Shown one piece after another: positions 52,262-61,804 of a stretch of 64,000 nt of DNA. Below the pieces are notes generated by a model. The model worked only from the letters and a program-made list of their open reading frames with translations, was not told the origin of the DNA and did not search any database. Location of the stretch: positions 374-64,373 of the forward strand of contig CAJANN010000226.1 of NCBI GenBank assembly GCA_903941095.1, in the 5' to 3' direction. Position 1 is the stretch's first letter. Every line of letters begins with the position of its first letter. Origin of the DNA: an uncultured Rhodospirillaceae bacterium (GTDB lineage Bacteria; Pseudomonadota; Alphaproteobacteria; Rhodospirillales; Magnetospirillaceae). Position numbers and translations under genes: made by a program.

Positions 52262-53653
52262 GTGAGCGATACCGCAAATGCCAATATCCGCCTCGACGCG
52301 GGACGGGCCCTGGCCGATGGGGCGCGGGCGTGGGGTGACGGCAATATCGACGCGGCGCTGAACGCCTTTGCCCGGGCGGCGCAGCTGGCGCCGTCCATGC
52401 CGCTGGCCCACATGAATCTGGGGGTGGCGCTGCGGCGGCAGGGCCGGGTCGCGGCGGCCATCGCCAGCCATCGCCGCGCCCTGGCCTTGGGCGGGGCGGA
52501 TGCGGCGCTGCATTCCAACCTCGGCAACGCCCTGCGCGAGGCCGGGCATCTGGCCGAGGCGGAAACGCATCTGCGCAAGGCGGTCGAGGCGCAGCCGGAC
52601 AATGCCTCTTTCATCTACAATCTGGCCCTGCTGCTGCGCGACCGCCGCGACCATGCGCGATGCCACGAACTGCTGACCGCCCTGGTCCGCCGCTTTCCCG
52701 ACAATGGCGATTACGCCTGGGATCTGGCGCTGTCCGACCTGTACCGGGGGGATTATGCCGCCGGTTTCGCCGGCTATGAGGCGCGCTGGCGGCTGGCGCG
52801 CTCGCCGGAACGGCCGTTTCCCGGGCCACGCTGGCGGTCCGGAGACGAGATCGCCGGCAAGACGCTGCTGATCGCCGCCGAACAGGGCTTCGGCGACGCC
52901 CTGCAGTTCGCCCGCTTCCTGCCGCTGCTGGTGCGGCGGGGGGCGCGGCTGGTGGTGGAATGTCTGCCCGAACAGCGGGACCTGTTCGCCGCCATCGACG
53001 GCGTCGGCCAAGTGATCGCCAAGGGCGAGACGCCGCCGCCTTTCCATCTGTGGGCGCCGGTCATGAGCCTGGCCGGGCTGCTGGGCACGACCATCGACGC
53101 CATTCCCGACCGGGTTCCCTATCTGCGGGCGCCGAAGGCGCTGTCGCGGCCCCTGGGGCGACCGCCGGGAACGGTGCTGAACGTGGGCCTGATCTGGGCC
53201 GGCAAGACCACGCCGCGCGATCGGTCATGGCCGCTGGAGCGGCTGCTGCCGCTGATGGTCGACCCGCGCATCGCCTGGTGGAGCCTGCAGATGGGTCCCC
53301 GGGTCGCCGACCTGGCGGCCAGCGGGGTCGGGCATCTGGTGCGCGACCTGTCGCCGGCCATCGGCAGTTTCGGCGATACCGCGGCACTGATGGCAGACCT
53401 GGACCTGATCGTCACCATCGACACCTCGGCGGCCCACTTGGCCGGCGGCCTGGGAAAGCCGGTGTGGGTCCTGTTGCGGTACGTATCGGACTGGCGATGG
53501 CAGGATGACGGCGAGGGCTGCCCCTGGTATCCGACCATGCGGCTGTTCCGCCAGTCCGATCCTTTCGATTATGACGGGCCGGTGGCCCGCATGGCGGACG
53601 AGCTGAGCCGTGCCGCCGACCGGCCGGCGGGACCCTGGAGCAACGCGCCTTGA
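52262..53653 (+). CDS. TPR-repeat protein with C-terminal GT9-like glycosyltransferase domain
   Basis: N-terminal TPRs (AHMNLGVAL, LHSNLGNAL), AEQGFGDALQFARF, DLIVTIDTSAAHLAGGLGKP, DWRW, PWYPTMRLFRQ. Confidence 0.88.
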   Translation: MSDTANANIRLDAGRALADGARAWGDGNIDAALNAFARAAQLAPSMPLAHMNLGVALRRQGRVAAAIASHRRALALGGADAALHSNLGNALREAGHLAEAETHLRKAVEAQPDNASFIYNLALLLRDRRDHARCHELLTALVRRFPDNGDYAWDLALSDLYRGDYAAGFAGYEARWRLARSPERPFPGPRWRSGDEIAGKTLLIAAEQGFGDALQFARFLPLLVRRGARLVVECLPEQRDLFAAIDGVGQVIAKGETPPPFHLWAPVMSLAGLLGTTIDAIPDRVPYLRAPKALSRPLGRPPGTVLNVGLIWAGKTTPRDRSWPLERLLPLMVDPRIAWWSLQMGPRVADLAASGVGHLVRDLSPAIGSFGDTAALMADLDLIVTIDTSAAHLAGGLGKPVWVLLRYVSDWRWQDDGEGCPWYPTMRLFRQSDPFDYDGPVARMADELSRAADRPAGPWSNAP

Positions 53654-53735
53654 ACAAGGGGCGCGCCGCTCCAGTGCCCGCCGCGGGCAAAACATAAGGT
53701 CGGGCCGGCATGCGTCATATCCGGCGCACGGCGGT

Positions 53736-54230
53736 CTAGCCGGTCTGCCGGGCCTTGTCCTGGCTGCGCTTGACCACGGCGACCCCCAGCACGCCCAGGG
53801 CGATGCCCCAGATCGGCGCGGTGTTGACCAAGGCTGCGATGATGGCCGGAGCCTGGGCCGGTTCGGCGACGATGGCCCACGAGACGGCGATCATGGTGGC
53901 GGTCCAGGTCAGGGCGACGGCATAGCCGAAGGTCGGCCGCCAGCGCCTGACATAGACGTCGTCCGAGCGGATTTCTGCCCGCAGCGAGGAATTGACCTGG
54001 GCCAGGGTGGCTCTGGTTTCGGCGCTGTCCAGATCGGTCATGCGTTCCAGGTGGCGGTTGGCCTCGGCGACCTGTTCGGGGGGAATGGCCTGTTCGCCCA
54101 GGGCCTTGCCGACCTGGGTCAAGGCCCCGGCCGCCGCCCTGGCGGCGGGGTGGTCGACCGATTCCAGGGCCTGCCCCACCGCCTTGACCAGCAGCGGCAG
54201 GCCGATCGAGGCCAGAAAAGCGGGAAGCAT
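53736..54230 (-). CDS. Putative holin (GTA 3TM-holin-like)
   Basis: D-x-YVRRWRPTFGY followed by two TMs; last gene of the phage-like operon, next to a cell-wall hydrolase. Confidence 0.7.
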   Translation of the reverse strand: MLPAFLASIGLPLLVKAVGQALESVDHPAARAAAGALTQVGKALGEQAIPPEQVAEANRHLERMTDLDSAETRATLAQVNSSLRAEIRSDDVYVRRWRPTFGYAVALTWTATMIAVSWAIVAEPAQAPAIIAALVNTAPIWGIALGVLGVAVVKRSQDKARQTG

Positions 54231-54235
54231 GGCGG

Positions 54236-54715
54236 TTACTCCACGTCGTTGTAGAACAGGTGGTGGCCGATCTCGGCCGAAGGGTCTACCCGTCTGGCCC
54301 AGGCCGGCAGGCTGCCCCGGCGGTGATAGTGGGTGGCGCCGCCGGTGGGGTCGTCCAGGCTGCCGCCGATGGCGCGGCGGGCGATGCGGATGCAGATGCG
54401 GAACTGGCGGTCGGCCGGTCCGACCTGCCGCAGCTTGGCGGCATTGGGGTCGGTGTCGTTCCAGCACGAGAACTGCCAGGGCTTGCGGCATACCGTTTCG
54501 ACCGAATTTCCCCACCAGTACTGGCCGTTGCGCTCCTTGGCCCGGGCGACGCGGTTCAGCACCACGGCGGCCACGGCTTCCTTGCCGCGCACCGGCTCGC
54601 CGCGGGCTTCTCCCCACAGGGTGCGGGCCAGGATGTCCACCGCCGATCCCGGTGCGGGGGCGGTTTCCTGGGATTCGCGGTCGGGTTCGACGGCGATGTC
54701 GACGATCGGGTTCAT
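54236..54715 (-). CDS. Cell-wall hydrolase (SleB/Hydrolase_2 family), putative endolysin
   Basis: LARTLWGEARGE (catalytic Glu), VVLNR, WQFSCWN, GATHYH, IGHHLFY. Confidence 0.88.
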   Translation of the reverse strand: MNPIVDIAVEPDRESQETAPAPGSAVDILARTLWGEARGEPVRGKEAVAAVVLNRVARAKERNGQYWWGNSVETVCRKPWQFSCWNDTDPNAAKLRQVGPADRQFRICIRIARRAIGGSLDDPTGGATHYHRRGSLPAWARRVDPSAEIGHHLFYNDVE

Positions 54716-55017
54716 CCGCGCCCCCCGCCGCCCTGGGCGGCGTCCAGCTTGGCTTCGATCCGCACCAGATGTTCGGTCAGCCGGCGTTCGACATCCTTCA
54801 GATAGCCGGTGGTGGCATAGCTTTTCGCCACTTCCAGCTTATAGGCGGCCAGGGCTTCGCGCAGTTGCGCCAGTCCCGAGGCCAGCCTGTCCTCGATCAG
54901 GTCGTCGCGGCCGTCGCAGCTTTGGCGGTTGGTCCACACCAGCCACAGCAGGCCGCCCAGGGCCGGCAGTTCGACGGCGCTGACCCACCACATCAAATCG
55001 GCGCTCCAGTGGTCCAT
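54712..55017 (-). CDS. Small TM + coiled-coil protein, lysis-module associated
   Basis: N-terminal hydrophobic helix followed by a heptad pattern; stop overlaps the hydrolase start. Confidence 0.7.
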   Translation of the reverse strand: MDHWSADLMWWVSAVELPALGGLLWLVWTNRQSCDGRDDLIEDRLASGLAQLREALAAYKLEVAKSYATTGYLKDVERRLTEHLVRIEAKLDAAQGGGGRG

Positions 55018-55042
55018 CGCGGTTTCTCCTTGAGGATTGGGG

Positions 55043-56533
55043 TTACGGTGTGAAATCGCTGTCGGCCACCACGCCGCCGCCGCCCGGACGCCAGTCCCGC
55101 CGGTCGGCGCTGCCGGCCGGGGGGAGCCGGCCCAGGCGGACCGGCTGGGACAGCAGGCAGCCGGCGACGGCGTCCAGACCGTCGTCGCGGCACTTGCCGC
55201 CGGGCTGCCATTCGCGCATTTCGGCGACGAACGGCGTATCCCAGACCGAGCGATGGGCGTTCAGGGCTCCGGCGGCCAGGACGGCGTCGAAGGCGTCGAC
55301 GATGCGCTGGTCCTTGGCCTTGCGGCTGGCGACCTCGATCACCGCGCACGGGACCCCCTGGGCGGCCAGCTCGCGGCGCAGCAGGCCGGGCAGGAAGCGG
55401 CCCAGGCCGTTGGTTTCCAGCGTCACCGAGGGCAGGAACAGGTCGCGGGCGAATTCCGCCACCTGACGGCACAGCTGGCTGGCTTCGTCGGTGTCGGCGC
55501 GGGCCGGGTCGTGGGTCAGATAGCGGACGCGATGCAGCCAATAACCGCCCTGTTCGTCGGTGAAGACGGCGGCCACCACGCTGGAATCGCCCTTGCCGGG
55601 GGCGCCGTAGGCCGGATCCCACCAGCACGACACCGATACCAGCCGCGTTTCGCCCAGCGACAGGACCGGCAGGCGGTTGCCTTCGGCATAGGCCAGTTCG
55701 GTCTCGTACAGTTTCAGGCGGTCGGGATCCAGGCGGCCGTCGGCGATGTTGACCGGGCGCAGCATCATCTGGCTGTCGAACTTGTTGGGGCCGGTACGCC
55801 GCCGGATGCCGGCGATCCTGTCGGCGGGGAATCGTTCGGGCCAGGCCGACCGGCCCTTGCCGTCCAGCAGCGGGATTTCCAGCCGGTCGAAGCCGTCCAG
55901 GAACGGGCGCTGCTCGCCGGCCTCCAGCCGGGCCGCGGCGGCGTAGATGGTATAGAAGGAATGCGGGGTGCCGACGTAAAGCTGCAGGCCGCCCGGCACC
56001 AGGACATATTCGGTCTCGCCCAGCCGTTCGCGCAAATCCACCCGCTTGGGGGCGCTGTCGCAGGTGTTGGGGACCTCGACATCGTCGCAGATCAGGATGT
56101 CGGCGCGGCTGCCGGTGATGTTGGCGCCGATGCCCTTGGCGATCATCGACGGGTCGCGCAATTCTCCCGGCCGGTTGACGGTGAACTGGTCCGACGCCCA
56201 TTGCTCGCGCCGGGGCGGCTTCAGCCCCTGCGTCAGCGGGTGGCGTTCGACGATGCGCTTGACGTTGCGGACCATCTTCTTGGCCAGGGCGAAGTCGGCG
56301 GCCAGGACCATGATGCGCAGGTTGGGCTCGGCCATCAGCACCCAGGCGCAGAACAGGCCGACGATGGTGGACTTGCCGGAATTGCGGAAGGCCATCAGCA
56401 GCAGTTCGCGGTGGCGCCCGCGCCAGCGCGCCGCCAGCCAGCGGGCCATGCGCAAATGGTGGCGCGGCGTCGGCAGACCCACCTTCTCGTTCCAGATCCA
56501 GACGAATTCGGGAAAGTCGACGCCGTTCATCAT
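55043..56533 (-). CDS. Phage terminase large subunit (T7 gp19-like)
   Basis: Walker A LMAFRNSGKS, Walker B ILICDDVE, YVGTPH coupling motif, WWDPA and DDGLDA nuclease motifs. Confidence 0.92.
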   Translation of the reverse strand: MMNGVDFPEFVWIWNEKVGLPTPRHHLRMARWLAARWRGRHRELLLMAFRNSGKSTIVGLFCAWVLMAEPNLRIMVLAADFALAKKMVRNVKRIVERHPLTQGLKPPRREQWASDQFTVNRPGELRDPSMIAKGIGANITGSRADILICDDVEVPNTCDSAPKRVDLRERLGETEYVLVPGGLQLYVGTPHSFYTIYAAAARLEAGEQRPFLDGFDRLEIPLLDGKGRSAWPERFPADRIAGIRRRTGPNKFDSQMMLRPVNIADGRLDPDRLKLYETELAYAEGNRLPVLSLGETRLVSVSCWWDPAYGAPGKGDSSVVAAVFTDEQGGYWLHRVRYLTHDPARADTDEASQLCRQVAEFARDLFLPSVTLETNGLGRFLPGLLRRELAAQGVPCAVIEVASRKAKDQRIVDAFDAVLAAGALNAHRSVWDTPFVAEMREWQPGGKCRDDGLDAVAGCLLSQPVRLGRLPPAGSADRRDWRPGGGGVVADSDFTP

Positions 56534-56856
56534 TCATCCTCCTGAGGGTCGTCGTCGAACTCGGTCAAGGCCGCCCGGGCCTGGGCCAGCAGACGGTCGA
56601 TGCCGGTCTCGGCCGGGTCGGCGGTCTCGGCGCGGCCTTCCGCCCAGCGGACCAGCTTGAGCAGCAGTTCGACATGGGCCAGGGCGGCCTTGGCGGCGGC
56701 GTGCCAGGCGGCGAAGCCCTTGGCGTCGGCCGGCGGTTCGTCGCCGGTGAAACGTTCGTAACCGTCGAGCGCCATGCGGACGCGGGCCGGCAAGGCCCCC
56801 CGCAGGCCGGACCGCAGGGTCTCGATGTCGTCGGGCGACCATTGTTCGTCAGCCAT
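56530..56856 (-). CDS. Hypothetical protein, candidate terminase small subunit
   Basis: 108-aa helical protein with acidic tail; stop overlaps the large terminase ATG. Confidence 0.55.
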   Translation of the reverse strand: MADEQWSPDDIETLRSGLRGALPARVRMALDGYERFTGDEPPADAKGFAAWHAAAKAALAHVELLLKLVRWAEGRAETADPAETGIDRLLAQARAALTEFDDDPQEDE

Positions 56857-57115
56857 GCAACGTCCCCCGCAGCATGGCGATCCGGGCATCCACGTCGGCC
56901 AGCCACGCCTTGCCCGCTTCGGTCAGCGCGGCTTCCCGCAGACGGCGGTTGGTGACGGTGGCCTCCAGGGCGGCGATTTCCGCCAGGATGGCCCTGCGGG
57001 CGGCCTCGGCCGCCAAGGCGGGGCGGGCCGCTTCGATCTCGGCCAGTTCCGCCCCGGTCAACGGCACCTGACGCGCGTCTCCGGTTTCGGCATTCACTTC
57101 GATACGGAAGGTCAT
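56849..57115 (-). CDS. Small phage protein, candidate tail-fibre chaperone
   Basis: 88 aa immediately after the tail fibre gene and coupled to the next gene; assignment by position only. Confidence 0.5.
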   Translation of the reverse strand: MTFRIEVNAETGDARQVPLTGAELAEIEAARPALAAEAARRAILAEIAALEATVTNRRLREAALTEAGKAWLADVDARIAMLRGTLHG

Positions 57116-57117
57116 GA

Positions 57118-58944
57118 TCAGGCGCTCCTCTTGCCGCGATACAGGATGAACGTGCCGCTCACACCCGTTCCCCCGGCGTCATGAAACCGGACGGCCACAA
57201 GAACTTCCTGGGTAGAGCGGTAGCCGGAAAAAGTATCATTGCGCAATTCGCCGGTAGGGCCGTGTCTTGATGCGGTCATTCCGTATATCTTGTGGTACGC
57301 ATTGGCGGATGGGTTCGGGATGAAGACATGACCGACATAGCCGTCAGCCGTGGATGCCACGTTTGATCCATTGTTTGACAGTTTCAGCGTGGACAGACCG
57401 GAGCCGCTGTTGCCGGAACCGGGGGAAGAGCTGCTGGCCATCGCGACCATTGCTTCCTGATATCCGGATGTCTGATAGGCAGGCCCGGCAGTGCCAAAGC
57501 GGAACCCCAGCTCTTGACCTGATCCGGTATAGACGCCGTCGAAAACCACCATGTAATCGTAGCCGGAAACCAGTCCGGTGAAGTCCACGGTCGCCGCCCC
57601 GCTTGCCGTCGTGCTGCTGACGAATTCCCATGCCCCGGCACTGACAGCGGCCCAGGTCTGATCGCCGCGCAGATAGGTCGACGAACCGGCCGATCCGGAC
57701 CCGAGCCGGGCCGTGGCAATGGTCCCAGAGGCGATGTCGGCGGCGGTGTGGGTGTGCACGGCGGGTGCGGCGCCGTCCGCCTTGGCGCCCTGGGCCGCCG
57801 TGGCGTAATCCGATGCCGCCGTTGTCGCCGCCGTGCCCAGTCCCAGGCTGGTGCGGGCGGTCGCCGCGCTGGACAGGTCGGACAGATTGTTGGCCGCCGC
57901 CAGATAGCCGGCGCCCGAGACATAGGCCGCGACCCAGGCCGATCCGGTATGGACCTTCATGGCCCCGGAAGCGGTGTTGAAATAGATCGAGCCGGCCACC
58001 AGGGCGTTGCCGTCGTTGTCGACGACGGGGTCGGACGCCTGGGCGCCCAGATAGCGGTCGTCGAAGCTGTCGAAGGCGGCCAGGGTGCTGTCCCGTGCGG
58101 CCTCGGCGGCGATCTTGGCGGACGCGGCGTCGGCGGCAGACGTGGAAGCCTCGCCGGCCTTGGTGGCCGCAATGCCGGCCTGGGTGGTCGCCGTGGCCGC
58201 CGAAGCGGCAGCGGCGGTCTCGGACAGTCCAGCAGCGGTTTCTGAAGCCAGGGCGGCGCCGGCGCTGGCTTCGGCGTCCACAGCCTTGGCGGTGGTGATC
58301 CCGGCTTGCGTGGTGGCGATGGCGGCGGCGGCGCTGACGGTCGAGGCGCTGGCCGAGGCAGCGGACGCAGATGCGGACGCGGACGCCGCCGAGCCCGAGG
58401 CGGACGCGGCCGATCCGGAAGCGGCGGCGGCAGCGGCATCGACCGCGGCCAGGGTGACGGCGAATTCCGCCGGGTCGTTGGTCAGGCCCGATCCGTCTGC
58501 GTTCCAGCCGATGGCCTTGCCGGGGGCCGGCTCGGGCAGGGTCAGGTCGGCATTCGAGGCGCTGGTGGGGGCACGGGCGACGGCGCGGGCGGCATCCTCG
58601 GCCACCTGCTGGATGGCGGCGGTCTGGATGTCGAATTCATCGTTCAGGGTCTTGGCGCGGATCACGCCGTCGGCCTGGAAATCGGTGGTGCGGCCCACCG
58701 CCATGCGCCGGCGCAGGGTGATGCGGGCGCCGGCGGCCGGCGGAACGGAAAACAGCACCGAGCCGCCGGCCGAGATGCCGGCCCCCGATACCGAAAAGCC
58801 GGTCTCCCGGCGGACCGAATCCTGCCAGACTTCCATGTCCTCGGGGCGGAAGATGGGGAAGGGATAGGTGAAGGCGGCCTGCACCCCGTCGGCGACATAG
58901 GCGATGCGCGGGGCGACGGCACTGATCTGGATATGTTCTGTCAT
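57118..58944 (-). CDS. Podovirus-type tail fibre protein (608 aa)
   Basis: T7-gp17-like N-terminal anchor (YVADGVQAAFTYPFPIF...RTTDF), Ala/Ser linker, FDDRYLGA..DP..DNDGNAL motif, NNLSDL..ATARTSLGLG, HTH fibre repeat, beta-rich tip. Confidence 0.88.
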   Translation of the reverse strand: MTEHIQISAVAPRIAYVADGVQAAFTYPFPIFRPEDMEVWQDSVRRETGFSVSGAGISAGGSVLFSVPPAAGARITLRRRMAVGRTTDFQADGVIRAKTLNDEFDIQTAAIQQVAEDAARAVARAPTSASNADLTLPEPAPGKAIGWNADGSGLTNDPAEFAVTLAAVDAAAAAASGSAASASGSAASASASASAASASASTVSAAAAIATTQAGITTAKAVDAEASAGAALASETAAGLSETAAAASAATATTQAGIAATKAGEASTSAADAASAKIAAEAARDSTLAAFDSFDDRYLGAQASDPVVDNDGNALVAGSIYFNTASGAMKVHTGSAWVAAYVSGAGYLAAANNLSDLSSAATARTSLGLGTAATTAASDYATAAQGAKADGAAPAVHTHTAADIASGTIATARLGSGSAGSSTYLRGDQTWAAVSAGAWEFVSSTTASGAATVDFTGLVSGYDYMVVFDGVYTGSGQELGFRFGTAGPAYQTSGYQEAMVAMASSSSPGSGNSGSGLSTLKLSNNGSNVASTADGYVGHVFIPNPSANAYHKIYGMTASRHGPTGELRNDTFSGYRSTQEVLVAVRFHDAGGTGVSGTFILYRGKRSA

Positions 58945-58955
58945 GGTCGGGTCCC

Positions 58956-60887
58956 CTATTCCGAGAGCTTCATTTCGGTGGCGACCGCCAGCACCGTGCA
59001 GGGCAGCGGCACGTCCTGACGGATCCGCCACAGCGGCTTCAGGGCGTCGCGGGTCCAGCCGATGGCGCGGATCTTGACGTCGCCGGAAAAGACCGGCGGT
59101 GCGGCATCCAGGACATCGCGGCCATAGCGGCGGAACGGGATGGCGGTCAGGCCGCGGCCGGTGTCGATGTATAGGGCCTGGGTGTCGAGCAGGCGGAAGT
59201 TGGCGGCGACCAGCCGCACCACCGCGCCCGGCCCGGCTCCGCCGGCTCCCTGCACCACCGGCGGCAGCGGTTCGACGACATGGGCGAAGGGCAGGCCGGC
59301 ATGGATGTTGCGGGCCGGCTCCGCCAGGGTCACTGCGCCGTCGGCCACCACATGGTCGCTGATGGCGCCGTGGTCGGCCAGGACGCGGACATTGCATCCG
59401 TTCAGGTGGTCCAGACCGCTCCAGGTGGTTTTGGCGGTGGCGCTGCCGCCGGTCAGGGCGCTGTCCAGCGACAGGGATTCGTCGAAGCATTCGATGAATG
59501 TCTCGCCGCCGCGTTCGACCAGCAGATAGACCACCCCTTCCACCACCGCCACCGCCCGGAAACGGCCGTCGGTGGCATGTCCGGTCCAGGCGGTTACTTT
59601 CTCGGCGCGATAGATGGTGACGGTCGACAGGCTGCCGTCGGCCATCACCACATGGAACAGCCGGCGTCCGGGGTCGTAATCCTGGTCGACGGCGCCGTTC
59701 AGCATGTGCTTGGCGAACATCGACAGGTCCGAGGCCTGGTAGGCCTGCTCGACATCGGCGAACAGGAACTCGCGCAGGTCGCGGCCGTTGCGGGACACGA
59801 ACAAGGTGGCCCCGTCGACGTCGCGCGGCGGCACCGAGCGGTCGACGGGCGATCCCACCCGGGTCTGCCGGGTCAGCTGGATCTTGGTCGGCGTCAGCGG
59901 GTCGCCGGACACCATCCATTCGGCGCCCGAGGTGAAGACCTGCAGGTGCCGGCCGGAAAACACGGCGCGGATGGCGTTGACCTGATCGGACAGCAGGGCG
60001 AATTCGATGGACTCGTCGTCCAGCCCCTCGCCCAGGTCGAAATTGAACAGGTCCGACGATTTCGACAGCCACAGCCGGTTGGGCAGGTCGCGGCTGCCGC
60101 CGATCACCAGCCGGTCCTGATGGAAGCAGACCGAAACCGGCCAGCCGCGCACCGCCGACAGGGCCTGTTCCTCCCAGTCCTTGCTGGTGGCGGCGTTGAC
60201 CAGCGGCTGCCTGGTGGTGGCCGTCGCCTGGGTGGGCGACAGGATGGCGGCGATCTCGACCTCTTTGCCCTGCAGGCGAAAGCGCAGACCGGCATGGCCG
60301 GCGGCGAACAGCGCCGCCGAGGCGGTCAGGGTGACGGTGCCCGATGTGGCCGACGGGGTCAGCGTCACGTCGTCGGGGGCGAACTTGTGGTAGGGCTGGC
60401 GGATCACCCCGACATCGTCGACATCGTCGTCTTCGTCGGAATCGTCCTGGTAGAAGGTCCAGGGAACGATGGTCCAGGCACTGTGCGAGGTTCGGGTGAT
60501 CTTGCGCGGCGCCACGTCGGGATGGACCACCAGCAGCGTGTCGGCGGTCTGGGTCCAGTTGATCTGCCGGATCTGCGCCGCGCTCCACGGCGTGGCGAAG
60601 TCGGCGACCTTGACGCCGTCGGCATAGACGTCGGCATGCAGGTCGGTCAGCACCAGCAGATAGGTCTGTTCGGTGTTGAACTCGAAGGCGACCAGCCGGC
60701 CGGGGCCGCGGGCCCGGTCGACGAAGCGGGTGCCGGGCCGGCGGCTGACGCCGCCGATGGGGGCGATGACGACGTTGCGCAGGGTCATGGCGCCGTTGGC
60801 ATAGGCCGACAGGTCGCCGCGGCCCAGCATGTCCATGCTCAGTTCGCCGGCGGTGAAATTGGTTTTGGCCAGGGTGATCAGGCTCAT
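58956..60887 (-). CDS. Tail tubular protein B/nozzle (T7 gp12/P22 gp10-like)
   Basis: TNFTAGELS...GG-x-SRRPGTRFV, FEFNTEQTYLL, WPVSVCFHQDRL; 643 aa. Confidence 0.85.
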   Translation of the reverse strand: MSLITLAKTNFTAGELSMDMLGRGDLSAYANGAMTLRNVVIAPIGGVSRRPGTRFVDRARGPGRLVAFEFNTEQTYLLVLTDLHADVYADGVKVADFATPWSAAQIRQINWTQTADTLLVVHPDVAPRKITRTSHSAWTIVPWTFYQDDSDEDDDVDDVGVIRQPYHKFAPDDVTLTPSATSGTVTLTASAALFAAGHAGLRFRLQGKEVEIAAILSPTQATATTRQPLVNAATSKDWEEQALSAVRGWPVSVCFHQDRLVIGGSRDLPNRLWLSKSSDLFNFDLGEGLDDESIEFALLSDQVNAIRAVFSGRHLQVFTSGAEWMVSGDPLTPTKIQLTRQTRVGSPVDRSVPPRDVDGATLFVSRNGRDLREFLFADVEQAYQASDLSMFAKHMLNGAVDQDYDPGRRLFHVVMADGSLSTVTIYRAEKVTAWTGHATDGRFRAVAVVEGVVYLLVERGGETFIECFDESLSLDSALTGGSATAKTTWSGLDHLNGCNVRVLADHGAISDHVVADGAVTLAEPARNIHAGLPFAHVVEPLPPVVQGAGGAGPGAVVRLVAANFRLLDTQALYIDTGRGLTAIPFRRYGRDVLDAAPPVFSGDVKIRAIGWTRDALKPLWRIRQDVPLPCTVLAVATEMKLSE

Positions 60888-61456
60888 GACCGCACCTCGA
60901 CCAGGGGGAAGCTGGTGATGGAGGACGGCACGTCCTGCTGGCCGTCGATCAGCTTGGCGCGGCGGAACTCGTCTTCGGCCAGCCGGTGCAGGAACTCGGT
61001 GCGGCTGGTGCTTTCGGTCAGCGGGATGCAGAACTCGGCGGCCATGCGGGCGATCAGCGCCTGGTCGAAGAAGGGCGGGAACGACAGTTCGTCGGGGCGG
61101 AAGACATAGGTCAGCACCACGCCGTCCTCGACGTTGCAGTGCAGCCGCGAGGCGGCGATGCGGTAATCCAGGCCGAAGCCGCGTTCACCGACGCCGGCCG
61201 ACAGGGCGCGCAGGAAGTCGGCCGGCAACTGGTAGGCGGCGCTGTAATCGGCCACCGGCTGGGCGGCCAGACGCGGCAAGGTGACCTGCCCGGTGGCGAA
61301 GTTCCACGGATGCGACGACAGCAGGGCGTCGCGCAGGGCCGGATAAAGATTGGCGCAGACCTCGGACTCGGCGGTTCCCTCGTCGAACGAGGCGATGGTC
61401 GAGGCCCCCAGTTTCAGCAGGGCGCGCGAACACAGCGCAATGGCGGACAGGGCCAT
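60884..61456 (-). CDS. Tail tubular protein A/adaptor (T7 gp11/P22 gp4-like)
   Basis: CSRALLKLGA, LLSSHPWNFA, YQLPADFLR, PPFFDQALIARMAAE. Confidence 0.85.
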   Translation of the reverse strand: MALSAIALCSRALLKLGASTIASFDEGTAESEVCANLYPALRDALLSSHPWNFATGQVTLPRLAAQPVADYSAAYQLPADFLRALSAGVGERGFGLDYRIAASRLHCNVEDGVVLTYVFRPDELSFPPFFDQALIARMAAEFCIPLTESTSRTEFLHRLAEDEFRRAKLIDGQQDVPSSITSFPLVEVRS

Positions 61457-61520
61457 GACGGCACTCCTTGTCGGAAGAAGGCTCCGGCGGGACGGTCGGC
61501 CCCGCCGGAGGATGGATGGA

Positions 61521-61790
61521 TCAGTCGCTGTCGGCGGCGCCGACCTGGGTCATGTCGTTGACGTCGACGGATCCCGCGGCGGCGGTCGAGACGAAGAACA
61601 GGCCGCCCTTGGGGGTGGCCGCCGTCTCGGTGTTGGCGATGATGATGTCGCCGGCCCGCAGCATGTCGGCCGCCGCGTTGAAGTAACCGGCGGTGTCGCC
61701 GGCGGCGGCGGCATCGGCGGTGGTGTAGTGCCACAGGGTGAAGCCGTTGGCATAGGCCAGCACGCTGAGATCCTTGGACAGGTAAGCCAT
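61521..61790 (-). CDS. Small capsid-associated (decoration/cement-like) protein
   Basis: 89 aa, beta-rich (GFTLWHY...GYFN...LRAGDII), directly after the capsid gene; function assigned by position. Confidence 0.6.
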   Translation of the reverse strand: MAYLSKDLSVLAYANGFTLWHYTTADAAAAGDTAGYFNAAADMLRAGDIIIANTETAATPKGGLFFVSTAAAGSVDVNDMTQVGAADSD

Positions 61791-61804
61791 TGTCCGATCC
61801 TCCT

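Noticed and set aside
52262-53653. TPR-glycosyltransferase as part of the phage-like system
   Set aside because: Opposite strand with its own upstream region, and a common multi-copy family in this lineage; no sequence evidence of linkage beyond adjacency.
58945-60588. 1156-aa version of the tail fibre ORF
   Set aside because: The extension is an alternate frame of the nozzle gene; the fibre starts at MTEHIQ (58944).
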